Part shown: positions 10,314-23,839 of the stretch, one piece after another
Layout of the letters: each line of letters begins with the position of its first letter
Position numbering within the stretch: the first letter of the stretch is position 1
Assembly: GCA_964016885.1 (NCBI GenBank)
Contig: OZ024741.1
Coordinates: forward strand, 243,784,001 to 243,848,000
Reading direction: 5' to 3'
Source: Eledone cirrhosa
Taxonomy: Eukaryota
Length of the DNA stretch: 64,000 nucleotides
Position numbers and translations under genes: made by a program
Notes under the pieces: generated by a model
What the model was told of the DNA's origin: nothing
The model's database searches: none
Seen by the model: only the letters and a program-made list of their open reading frames with translations

Positions 10314-13300
10314 TTTTCTTAAAAATCACACCACACTCAGCAAATGTGTGTCTGCACATGTACCAGTAATTACAGATCGATCCGACCACGGGCGGCCTGC
10401 CCACGATCGAAAAGGTAACTCCGCCGGCAAATTCGCATTTTTGTGATTCGTTTCTTCGAAGCACACCATTCGCTGGTGGACTTCAGCTTCCTCATTTAGC
10501 ATGGGCAGCTTTTCTTGAAAATCACACCACTCACAGACTATGAGTGTCTGCACATGTACCACTAATTACAGATCGATACGACCACGGGCGGCCTGCCCAC
10601 GATCGAAAAGGTAACTCCGCCGGCAAATCCGCATTTTTGTGATTCGTTTCTTCGAAGCACACCATTCGCCGCCGGACTTCAGCTTCCTCATTTAGCATGG
10701 GCAGCTTTTCTTAAAAATCACACCACACTCAGCAAATGTGTGTCTGCACATGTGCCAGTAATTACAGATCGATCCAACCACGGGCGGCCTGCCCACGATC
10801 GAAAAGGTAACTCCGCCGGCAAATTCGCATTTTTGTGATTCGTTTCTTCGAAGCACACCATTCGCTGGTGGACTTCAGCTTCCTCATTTAACATGGGCAG
10901 CTTTTCTTGAAAATCACACCACACTTAGCAAATGTGTGTCTGCACATGTACCAGTAATTACAGATCGATCCGCCCACGGGCGGCCGGCCCACGATCGAAA
11001 ATGTAACTCCGCCGGCAAATTCGCATTTTTGTGATTCGTTTCTTCGAAGCACACCATTCGCTGGTGGACTTCAGCTTCCTCATTTAGCATGGGCAGCTTT
11101 TCTTGAAAATCACACCACTCACAGACTATGAGTGTCTGCACATGTACCACTAATTACAGATCGATACGACCACGGGCGGCCTGCCCACGATCGAAAAGGT
11201 AACTCCGCCGGCAAATCCGCATTTTTGTGATTCGTTTCTTCGAAGCACACCATTCGCCGCCGGACTTCAGCTTCCTCATTTAGCATGGGCAGCTTTTCTT
11301 AAAAATCACACCACACTCAGCAAATGTGTGTCTGCACATGTGCCAGTAATTACAGATCGATCCAACCACGGGCGGCCTGCCCACGATCGAAAAGGTAACT
11401 CCGCCGGCAAATTCGCATTTTTGTGATTCGTTTCTTCGAAGCACACCATTCGCTGGTGGACTTCAGCTTCCTCATTTAACATGGGCAGCTTTTCTTGAAA
11501 ATCACACCACACTTAGCAAATGTGTGTCTGCACATGTACCAGTAATTACAGATCGATCCGCCCACGGGCGGCCGGCCCACGATCGAAAATGTAACTCCGC
11601 CGGCAAATTCGCATTTTTGTGATTCATTTCTTCGAAGCACACCATTCGCTGGTGGACTTCAGCTTCCTCATTTAGCATGGGCAGCTTTTCTTGAAAATCA
11701 CACCACACACAGCAAATGTGTGTCTACACAGGTACCAGTAATTACAGATCGATCCGACCACGGACGGCTGGCCCAGGATCGAAAAGGTAACTCCGGCGGC
11801 AAATTCGCATTTTTGTGATTCGTTTCTTCGAAGCACACCATTCGCTGGTGGACTTCAGCTTCCTCATTTAGCATGGGCAGCTTTTCTTAAAAATCACACC
11901 ACACTCAGCAAATGTGTGTCTGCACATGTACCAGTAATTACAGATCGATCCGACCACGGGCGGCCTGCCCACGATCGAAAAGGTAACTCCGCCGGCAAAT
12001 TCGCATTTTTGTGATTCGTTTCTTCGAAGCACACCATTCGCTGGTGGACTTCAGCTTCCTCATTTAACATGGGCAGCTTTTCTTGAAAATCACACCACAC
12101 TTAGCAAATGTGTGTCTGCACATGTACCAGTAATTACAGATCGATCCGCCCACGGGCGGCCGGCCCAGGATCGAAAATGTAACTCCGCCGGCAAATTCGC
12201 ATTTTTGTGATTCATTTCTTCGAAGCACACCATTCGCTGGTGGACTTCAGCTTCCTCATTTAGCATGGGCAGCTTTTCTTGAAAATCACACCACACACAG
12301 CAAATGTGTGTCTACACAGGTACCAGTAATTACAGATCGATCCGACCACGGACGGCTGGCCCAGGATCGAAAAGGTAACTCCGGCGGCAAATTCGCATTT
12401 TTGTGATTCGTTTCTTCGAAGCACACCATTAGCCGCCGGACTTCAGCTTCCTCATTTAGCATGGGCAGCTTTTCTTGAAAATCACACCACACACAGCAAA
12501 TGTGTGTCTGCACATGTACCAGTACGTACAGATCGATCCGACCACGGGCGGCAGGCCCACATTCGAAAAGGTTACTCCGCCTGCAAATCGTCATTTTCGG
12601 ATTCGTTTTCTTCGAAGCACACCATTCGCCGGCGGACTTCAGCTGCCTCATTTAGCATGGGCAGCTTTTCTTGAAAATCACACCTCACACAGCAAATGTG
12701 TCTCTGCACATGTACTAGTAATTACAGATCGATCCGACCACGGGCAACCGGCCCACGATCGAAAAGGTAACTCCGGCGGCAAATTCGCATTTTTGTGATT
12801 CGTTTCTTCGAAGCACACCATTCGCCGCCGGACTTCAGCTTCCTCATTTAGCATGGGCAGCTTTTCTTGAAAATCACACCACACTCAGCAAATCTGTGTC
12901 TGCACATGTACCAGTAATTACAGATCGATCCGACCACGGGCGGCCTGCCCACGATCGAAAAGGTAACTCCGCCGGCAAATCCGCATTTTTGTGATTCGTT
13001 TCTTCGAAGCACACCATTCGCTGGTGGACTTCAGCTTCCTCATTTAGCATGGGCAGCTTTTCTTGAAAATCACACCACTCACAGACTATGAGTCTCTGCA
13101 CATGTACCACTAATTACAGATCGATACGACCACGGGCGGCCTGCCCACGATCGAAAAGGTAACTCCGCCGGCAAATCCGCATTTTTGTGATTCGTTTCTT
13201 CGAAGCACACCATTCGCCGCCGGACTTCAGCTTCCTCATTTAGCATGGGCAGCTTTTCTTAAAAATCACACCACACTCAGCAAATGTGTGTCTGCACATG

Positions 13301-16300
13301 TACCAGTAATTACAGATCGATCCGACCACGGGCGGCCTGCCCACGATCGAAAAGGTAACTCCGCCGGCAAATTCGCATTTTTGCGATTCGTTTCTTCGAA
13401 GCACACCATTCGCTGGTGGACTTCAGCTTCCTCATTTAACATGGGCAGCTTTTCTTGAAAATCACACCACACTCAGCAAATGTGTGTCTGCACATGTACC
13501 AGTAATTACAGATCGATCCGCCCACGGGCGGCCGGCCCACGATCGAAAATGTAACTCCGCCGGCAAATTCGCATTTTTGTGATTCATTTCTTCGAAGCAC
13601 ACCATTCGCTGGTGGACTTCAGCTTCCTCATTTAGCATGGGCAGCTTTTCTTGAAAATCACACCACACACAGCAAATGTGTGTCTACACAGGTACCAGTA
13701 ATTACAGATCGATCCGACCACGGACGGCTGGCCCAGGATCGAAAAGGTAACTCCGCCGGCAAATTCGCATTTTTGTGATTCGTTTCTTCGAAGCACACCA
13801 TTCGCCGCCGGACTTCAGCTTCCTCATTTAGCATGGGCAGCTTTTCTTGAAAATCACACCACTCACAGCAAATGTGTGTCTGCACATTTACCAGTAATTA
13901 CAGATCGATCCGACCACGGGCGGCCGGCCCACGATCGAAAAGGTAACTCCGCCGGCAAATTCGCATTTTTGTGATTCGTTTCTTCGAAGCACACCATTCG
14001 CCGCCGGACTTCAGCTTCCTCATTTAGCAGGGGCAGCTTTTCTTAAAAATCACACCACACTCAGCAAATGTGTGTCTGCACATGTACCAGTAATTACAGA
14101 TCGATCCGACCACGGGCGGCCTGCCCACGATCGAAAAGGTAACTCCGCCGGCAAATTCGCATTTTTGTGATTCGTTTCTTCGAAGCACACCATTCGCTGG
14201 TGGACTTCAGCTTCCTCATTTAGCATGGGCAGCTTTTCTTGAAAATCACACCACTCACAGACTATGAGTGTCTGCACATGTACCACTAATTACAGATCGA
14301 TACGACCACGGGCGGCCTGCCCACGATCGAAAAGGTAACTCCGCCGGCAAATCCGCATTTTTGTGATTCGTTTCTTCGAAGCACACCATTCGCCGCCGGA
14401 CTTCAGCTTCCTCATTTAGCATGGGCAGCTTTTCTTAAAAATCACACCACACTCAGCAAATGTGTGTCTGCACATGTGCCAGTAATTACAGATCGATCCA
14501 ACCACGGGCGGCCTGCCCACGATCGAAAAGGTAACTCCGCCGGCAAATTCGCATTTTTGTGATTCGTTTCTTCGAAGCACACCATTCGCTGGTGGACTTC
14601 AGCTTCCTCATTTAACATGGGCAGCTTTTCTTGAAAATCACACCACACTTAGCAAATGTGTGTCTGCACATGTACCAGTAATTACAGATCGATCCGCCCA
14701 CGGGCGGCCGGCCCACGATCGAAAATGTAACTCCGCCGGCAAATTCGCATTTTTGTGATTCGTTTCTTCGAAGCACACCATTCGCTGGTGGACTTCAGCT
14801 TCCTCATTTAGCATGGGCAGCTTTTCTTGAAAATCACACCACTCACAGACTATGAGTGTCTGCACATGTACCACTAATTACAGATCGATACGACCACGGG
14901 CGGCCTGCCCACGATCGAAAAGGTAACTCCGCCGGCAAATCCGCATTTTTGTGATTCGTTTCTTCGAAGCACACCATTCGCCGCCGGACTTCAGCTTCCT
15001 CATTTAGCATGGGCAGCTTTTCTTAAAAATCACACCACACTCAGCAAATGTGTGTCTGCACATGTGCCAGTAATTACAGATCGATCCAACCACGGGCGGC
15101 CTGCCCACGATCGAAAAGGTAACTCCGCCGGCAAATTCGCATTTTTGTGATTCGTTTCTTCGAAGCACACCATTCGCTGGTGGACTTCAGCTTCCTCATT
15201 TAACATGGGCAGCTTTTCTTGAAAATCACACCACACTTAGCAAATGTGTGTCTGCACATGTACCAGTAATTACAGATCGATCCGCCCACGGGCGGCCGGC
15301 CCACGATCGAAAATGTAACTCCGCCGGCAAATTCGCATTTTTGTGATTCATTTCTTCGAAGCACACCATTCGCTGGTGGACTTCAGCTTCCTCATTTAGC
15401 ATGGGCAGCTTTTCTTGAAAATCACACCACACACAGCAAATGTGTGTCTACACAGGTACCAGTAATTACAGATCGATCCGACCACGGACGGCTGGCCCAG
15501 GATCGAAAAGGTAACTCCGGCGGCAAATTCGCATTTTTGTGATTCGTTTCTTCGAAGCACACCATTCGCTGGTGGACTTCAGCTTCCTCATTTAGCATGG
15601 GCAGCTTTTCTTAAAAATCACACCACACTCAGCAAATGTGTGTCTGCACATGTACCAGTAATTACAGATCGATCCGACCACGGGCGGCCTGCCCAGGATC
15701 GAAAATGTAACTCCGCCGGCAAATTCGCATTTTTGTGATTCATTTCTTCGAAGCACACCATTCGCTGGTGGACTTCAGCTTCCTCATTTAGCATGGGCAG
15801 CTTTTCTTGAAAATCACACCACACACAGCAAATGTGTGTCTACACAGGTACCAGTAATTACAGATCGATCCGACCACGGACGGCTGGCCCAGGATCGAAA
15901 AGGTAACTCCGGCGGCAAATTCGCATTTTTGTGATTCGTTTCTTCGAAGCACACCATTAGCCGCCGGACTTCAGCTTCCTCATTTAGCATGGGCAGCTTT
16001 TCTTGAAAATCACACCACACACAGCAAATGTGTGTCTGCACATGTACCAGTACGTACAGATCGATCCGACCACGGGCGGCAGGCCCACATTCGAAAAGGT
16101 TACTCCGCCTGCAAATCGTCATTTTCGGATTCGTTTTCTTCGAAGCACACCATTCGCCGGCGGACTTCAGCTGCCTCATTTAGCATGGGCAGCTTTTCTT
16201 GAAAATCACACCTCACACAGCAAATGTGTCTCTGCACATGTACTAGTAATTACAGATCGATCCGACCACGGGCAACCGGCCCACGATCGAAAAGGTAACT

Positions 16301-16750
16301 CCGGCGGCAAATTCGCATTTTTGTGATTCGTTTCTTCGAAGCACACCATTCGCCGCCGGACTTCAGTTTCCTCATTTAGCATGGGCAGCTTTTCTTGAAA
16401 ATCACACCACACTCAGCAAATCTGTGTCTGCACATGTACCAGTAATTACAGATCGATCCGACCACGGGCGGCCTGCCCACGATCGAAAAGGTAACTCCGC
16501 CGGCAAATCCGCATTTTTGTGATTCGTTTCTTCGAAGCACACCATTCGCTGGTGGACTTCAGCTTCCTCATTTAGCATGGGCAGCTTTTCTTGAAAATCA
16601 CACCACTCACAGACTATGAGTCTCTGCACATGTACCACTAATTACAGATCGATACGACCACGGGCGGCCTGCCCACGATCGAAAAGGTAACTCCGCCGGC
16701 AAATCCGCATTTTTGTGATTCGTTTCTTCGAAGCACACCATTCGCCGCCG
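10314..16750. repeat. Duplicated block: about 10314-13250 recopied at about 14038-16750 (offset 19 monomers, then 18 after loss of one monomer)
   Basis: Matching variant order 10326/14050, 10718/14442, 11306/15030, 11502/15226 (offset 3724). Monomers at 11894 and 12090 are fused into the chimera at 15618, then 12286/15814 and 12874/16402 match (offset 3528). Confidence 0.8.
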
Positions 16751-17565
16751 GACTTCAGCTTCCTCATTTAACATGGGCAGCTTTTCTTGAAAATCACACC
16801 ACACTCAGCAAATGTGTGTCTGCACAAGTACCACTAATTACAGATCGATACGACCAGGGGCGGCCTGCCCACGATCGAAAAGGTAACTCCGCCGGCAAAT
16901 CCGCATTTTTGTGATTCGTTTCTTCGAAGCACACCATTCGCCGCCGGACTTCAGCTTCCTCATTTAGCAGGGGCAGCTTTTCTTAAAAATCACACCACAC
17001 TCAGCAAATGTGTGTCTGCACATGTACCAGTAATTACAGATCGATCCGACCACGGGCGGCCTGCCCACGATCGAAAAGGTAACTCCGCCGGCAAATTCGC
17101 ATTTTTGTGATTCGTTTCTTCGAAGCACACCATTCGCTGGTGGACTTCAGCTTCCTCATTTAGCATGGGCAGCTTTTCTTGAAAATCACACCACTCACAG
17201 ACTATGAGTGTCTGCACATGTACCACTAATTACAGATCGATACGACCACGGGCGGCCTGCCCACGATCGAAAAGGTAATTCCGCCGGCAAATCCGCATTT
17301 TTGTGATTCGTTTCTTCGAAGCACACCATTCGCCGCCGGACTTCAGCTTCCTCATTTAGCATGGGCAGCTTTTCTTAAAAATCACACCACACTCAGCAAA
17401 TGTGTGTCTGCACATGTGCCAGTAATTACAGATCGATCCGACCACGGGCGGCCTGCCCACGATCGAAAAGGTAACTCCGCCGGCAAATTCGCATTTTTGT
17501 GATTCGTTTCTTCGAAGCACACCATTCGCTGGTGGACTTCAGCTTCCTCATTTAACATGGGCAGC

Positions 17566-20500
17566 TTTTCTTGAAAATCACACCACACACAGCAAATGTG
17601 TGTCTACACAGGTACCAGTAATTACAGATCGATCCGACCACGGACGGCTGGCCCAGGATCGAAAAGGTAACTCCGGCGGCAAATTCGCATTTTTGTGATT
17701 CGTTTCTTCGAAGCACACCATTCGCTGGTGGACTTCAACTTCCTCATTTAGCATGGGCAGCTTTTCTTGAAAATCACACCACACACAGCCAATGAGTGTC
17801 TGCACATGTACCAGTAATTACAGATCGATCCGACCACGGGCGGCCGGCCCACGATCGAAAAGGTAACTCCGCCGGCAAATTCGCATTTTTGTGATTCGTT
17901 TCTTCGAAGCACACCATTAGCCGCCGGACTTCAGCTTCCTCATTTAGCATGGGCAGCTTTTCTTGAAAATCACACCACACACAGCAAATGTGTGTCTGCA
18001 CATGTACCAGTACGTACAGATCGATCCGACCACGGGCGGCAGGCCCACATTCGAAAAGGTTACTCCGCCTGCAAATCGTCATTTTCGGATTCGTTTTCTT
18101 CGAAGCACACCATTCGCCGGCGGACTTCAGCTGCCTCATTTAGCATGGGCAGCTTTTCTTGAAAATCACACCTCACACAGCAAATGTGTCTCTGCACATG
18201 TACTAGTAATTACAGATCGATCCGACCACGGGCAACCGGCCCACGATCGAAAAGGTAACTCCGGCGGCAAATTCGCATTTTTGTGATTCGTTTCTTCGAA
18301 GCACACCATTCGCCGCCGGACTTCAGCTTCCTCATTTAGCATGGGCAGCTTTTCTTGAAAATCACAACACACTCAGCAAATGTGTGTCTGCACATGTACC
18401 AGTAATTACAGATCGATCCGACCACGGGCGGCCTGCCCACGATCGAAAAGGTAACTCCGCCGGCAAATTCGCATTTTTGTGATTCGTTTCTTCGAAGCAC
18501 ACCATTCGCTGGTGGACTTCAGCTTCCTCATTTAGCGTGGGCAGCTTTTCTTGAAAATCACACCACTCACAGACAATGAGTCTCTGCACATGTACCACTA
18601 ATTACAGATCGATACGACCACGGGCGGCCTGCCCACGATCGAAAAGGTAACTCCGCCGGCAAATCCGCATTTTTGTGATTCGTTTCTTCGAAGCACACCA
18701 TTCGCCGCCGGACTTCAGCTTCCTCATTTAGCATGGGCAGCTTTTCTTAAAAATCACACCACACTCAGCAAATGTGTGTCTGCACATGTAGCAGTAATTA
18801 CAGATCGATCCGCCCACGGGCGGCCGGCCCACGATCGAAAAAGGTAACTCCGCCGGCAAATTCGCATTTTTGTGATTCGTTTCTTCGAAGCACACCATTC
18901 GCTGGTGGACTTCAGCTTCCTCATTTAGCATGGGCAGCTTTTCTTGAAAATCACACCACTCACAGACTATGAGTCTCTGCACATGTACCACTAATTACAG
19001 ATCGATACGACCACGGGCGGCCTGCCCACGATCGAAAAGGTAACTCCGCCGGCAAATCCGCATTTTTGTGATTCGTTTCTTCGAAGCACACCATTCGCCG
19101 CCGGACTTCAGCTTCCTCATTTAGCATGGGCAGCTTTTCTTAAAAATCACACCACACTCAGCAAATGTGTGTCTGCACATGTACCAGTAATTACAGATCG
19201 ATCCGACCACGGGCGGCCTGCCCACGATCGAAAAGGTAACTCCGCCGGCAAATTCGCATTTTTGCGATTCGTTTCTTCGAAGCACACCATTCGCTGGTGG
19301 ACTTCAGCTTCCTCATTTAACATGGGCAGCTTTTCTTGAAAATCACACCACACTCAGCAAATGTGTGTCTGCACATGTACCAGTAATTACAGATCGATCC
19401 GCCCACGGGCGGCCGGCCCACGATCGAAAATGTAACTCCGCCGGCAAATTCGCATTTTTGTGATTCATTTCTTCGAAGCACACCATTCGCTGGTGGACTT
19501 CAGCTTCCTCATTTAGCATGGGCAGCTTTTCTTGAAAATCACACCACACACAGCAAATGTGTGTCTACACAGGTACCAGTAATTACAGATCGATCCGACC
19601 ACGGACGGCTGGCCCAGGATCGAAAAGGTAACTCCGCCGGCAAATTCGCATTTTTGTGATTCGTTTCTTCGAAGCACACCATTCGCCGCCGGACTTCAGC
19701 TTCCTCATTTAGCATGGGCAGCTTTTCTTGAAAATCACACCACTCACAGCAAATGTGTGTCTGCACATGTACCAGTAATTACAGATCGATCCGACAACGG
19801 GCGGCCGGCCCACGATCGAAAAGGTAACTCCGCCGCCAAAGTCGCATTTTTGTGATTCGTTTCTTCGAAGCACACTATTCGCTGGTGGACTTCAGCTTCC
19901 TCATTTAGCATGGGCAGCTTTTCTTGAAAATCACACCACACACAGCAAATGTGTGTCTGCACATTTACCAGTAATTACAGATCGATCCGACCACGGGCGG
20001 CCGGCCCACGATCGAAAAGGTAACTCCGCCGGCAAATTCGCATTTTTGTGATTCGTTTCTTCTAAGCACACCATTCGCCGCCGGACTTCAGCTTCCTCAT
20101 TTAGCATGGGCAGCTTTTCTTGAAAATCACACCACACACAGCAAATGTGTGTCTGCACAGGTACCAGTAATTACAGATCGATCCGACCACGAACGGCTGG
20201 CCCACGATCGAAAAGGTAACTCCGCCGGCAAATCCGCATTTTTGTGATTCGTTTCTTCGAAGCACACCATTCGCCGCCGGACTTCAGCTTCCTCATTTAG
20301 CATGGGCAGCTTTTCTTAAAAATCACACCACACTCAGCAAATGTGTGTCTGCACATGTGCCAGTAATTACAGATCGATCCGACCACGGGCGGCCTGCCCA
20401 CGATCGAAAAGGTAACTCCGCCGGCAAATTCGCATTTTTGTGATTCGTTTCTTCGAAGCACACCATTCGCTGGTGGACTTCAGCTTCCTCATTTAACATG

Positions 20501-23500
20501 GGCAGCCTTTCTTGAAAATCACACCACACTTAGCAAATGTGTGTCTGCACATGTACCAGTAATTACAGATCGATCCGCCCACGGGCGGCCGGCCCACGAT
20601 CGAAAATGTAACTCCGCCGGCAAATTCGCATTTTTGTGATTCATTTCTTCGAAGCACACCATTCGCTGGTGGACTTCAGCTTCCTCATTTAGCATGGGCA
20701 GCTTTTCTTGAAAATCACACCACACACAGCAAATGTGTGTCTACACAGGTACCAGTAATTACAGATCGATCCGACCACGGACGGCTGGCCCAGGATCGAA
20801 AAGGTAACTCCGGCGGCAAATTCGCATTTTTGTGATTCGTTTCTTCGAAGCACACCATTCGCTGGTGGACTTCAGCTTCCTCATTTAGCATGGGCAGCTT
20901 TTCTTGAAAATCACACCACACACAGCCAATGAGTGTCTGCACATGTACCAGTAATTACAGATCGATCCGACCACGGGCGGCCGGCCCACGATCGAAAAGG
21001 TAACTCCGCCGGCAAATTCGCATTTTTGTGATTCGTTTCTTCGAAGCACACCATTAGCCGCCGGACTTCAGCTTCCTCATTTAGCATGGGCAGCTTTTCT
21101 TGAAAATCACACCACACACAGCAAATGTGTGTCTGCACATGTACCAGTACGTACAGATCGATCCGACCACGGGCGGCAGGCCCACATTCGAAAAGGTTAC
21201 TCCGCCTGCAAATCGTCATTTTCGGATTCGTTTTCTTCGAAGCACACCATTCGCCGGCGGACTTCAGCTGCCTCATTTAGCATGGGCAGCTTTTCTTGAA
21301 AATCACACCTCACACAGCAAATATGTCTCTGCACATGTACTAGTAATTACAGATCGATCCGACCACGGGCAACCGGCCCACGATCGAAAAGGTAACTCCG
21401 GCGGCAAATTCGCATTTTTGTGATTCGTTTCTTCGAAGCACACCATTCGCCGCCGGACTTCAGCTTCCTCATTTACCATGGGCAGCTTTTCTTGAAAATC
21501 ACACCACACTCAGCAAATGTGTGTCTGCACATGTACCAGTAATTACAGATCGATCCGACCACGGGCGGCCTGCCCACGATCGAAAAGGTAACTCCGCCGG
21601 CAAATTCGCATTTTTGTGATTCGTTTCTTCGAAGCACACCATTCGCTGGTGGACTTCAGCTTCCTCATTTAGCGTGGGCAGCTTTTCTTGAAAATCACAC
21701 CACTCACAGACAATGAGTCTTTGCACAAGTACCACTAATTACAGATCGATACGACCACGGGCGGCCTGCCCACGATCGAAAAGGTAACTCCGCCGGCAAA
21801 TCCGCATTTTTGTGATTCGTTTCTTCGAAGCACACCATTCGCCGCCGGACTTCAGCTTCCTCATTTAGCATGGGCAGCTTTTCTTAAAAATCACACCACA
21901 CTCAGCAAATGTGCGTCTGCACATGTAGCAGTAATTACAGATCGATCCGCCCACGGGCGGCCGGCCCACGATCGAAAAAGGTAACTCCGCCGGCAAATTC
22001 GCATTTTTGTGATTCGTTTCTTCGAAGCACACCATTCGCTGGTGGACTTCAGCTTCCTCATTTAGCATGGGCAGCTTTTCTTGAAAATCACACCACTCAC
22101 AGACTATGAGTCTCTGCACATGTACCACTAATTACAGATCGATACGACCACGGGCGGCCTGCCCACGATCGAAAAGGTAACTCCGCCGGCAAATCCGCAT
22201 TTTTGTGATTCGTTTCTTCGAAGCACACCATTCGCCGCCGGACTTCAGCTTCCTCATTTAGCATGGGCAGCTTTTCTTAAAAATCACACCACACTCAGCA
22301 AATGTGTGTCTGCACATGTACCAGTAATTACAGATCGATCCGACCACGGGCGGCCTGCCCACGATCGAAAAGGTAACTCCGCCGGCAAATTCGCATTTTT
22401 GCGATTCGTTTCTTCGAAGCACACCATTCGCTGGTGGACTTCAGCTTCCTCATTTAACATGGGCAGCTTTTCTTGAAAATCACACCACACTCAGCAAATG
22501 TGTGTCTGCACATGTACCAGTAATTACAGATCGATCCGCCCACGGGCGGCCGGCCCACGATCGAAAATGTAACTCCGCCGGCAAATTCGCATTTTTGTGA
22601 TTCATTTCTTCGAAGCACACCATTCGCTGGTGGACTTCAGCTTCCTCATTTAGCATGGGCAGCTTTTCTTGAAAATCACACCACACACAGCAAATGTGTG
22701 TCTACACAGATACCAGTAATTACAGATCGATCCGACCACGGACGGCTGGCCCAGGATCGAAAAGGTAACTCCGCCGGCAAATTCGCATTTTTGTGATTCG
22801 TTTCTTCGAAGCACACCATTCGCCGCCGGACTTCAGCTTCCTCATTTAGCATGGGCAGCTTTTCTTGAAAATCACACCACTCACAGCAAATGTGTGTCTG
22901 CACATGTACCAGTAATTACAGATCGATCCGACAACGGGCGGCCGGCCCACGATCGAAAAGGTAACTCCGCCGCCAAAGTCGCATTTTTGTGATTCGTTTC
23001 TTCGAAGCACACTATTCGCTGGTGGACTTCAGCTTCCTCATTTAGCATGGGCAGCTTTTCTTGAAAATCACACCACACACAGCAAATGTGTGTCTGCACA
23101 TTTACCAGTAATTACAGATCGATCCGACCACGGGCGGCCGGCCCACGATCGAAAAGGTAACTCCGCCGGCAAATTCGCATTTTTGTGATTCGTTTCTTCG
23201 AAGCACACCATTCGCCGCCGGACTTCAGCTTCCTCATTTAGCATGGGCAGCTTTTCTTGAAAATCACACCACACACAGCAAATGTGTGTCTGCACAGGTA
23301 CCAGTAATTACAGATCGATCCGACCACGAACGGCTGGCCCACGATCGAAAAGGTAACTCCGCCGGCAAATCCGCATTTTTGTGATTCGTTTCTTCGAAGC
23401 ACACCATTCGCCGCCGGACTTCAGCTTCCTCATTTAGCATGGGCAGCTTTTCTTAAAAATCACACCACACTCAGCAAATGTGTGTCTGCACATGTGCCAG

Positions 23501-23839
23501 TAATTACAGATCGATCCGACCACGGGCGGCCTGCCCACGATCGAAAAGGTAACTCCGCCGGCAAATTCGCATTTTTGTGATTCGTTTCTTCGAAGCACAC
23601 CATTCGCTGGTGGACTTCAGCTTCCTCATTTAACATGGGCAGCCTTTCTTGAAAATCACACCACACTTAGCAAATGTGTGTCTGCACATGTACCAGTAAT
23701 TACAGATCGATCCGCCCACGGGCGGCCGGCCCACGATCGAAAATGTAACTCCGCCGGCAAATTCGCATTTTTGTGATTCATTTCTTCGAAGCACACCATT
23801 CGCTGGTGGACTTCAGCTTCCTCATTTAGCATGGGCAGC
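17566..23839. repeat. Tandem duplication of a 16-monomer block (3137 bp)
   Basis: Matching types at offset 3137: 17578/20715, 17963/21100, 18728/21865, 19744/22881, 20323/23460, 20519/23656. Several private SNPs in each copy. Confidence 0.85.
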
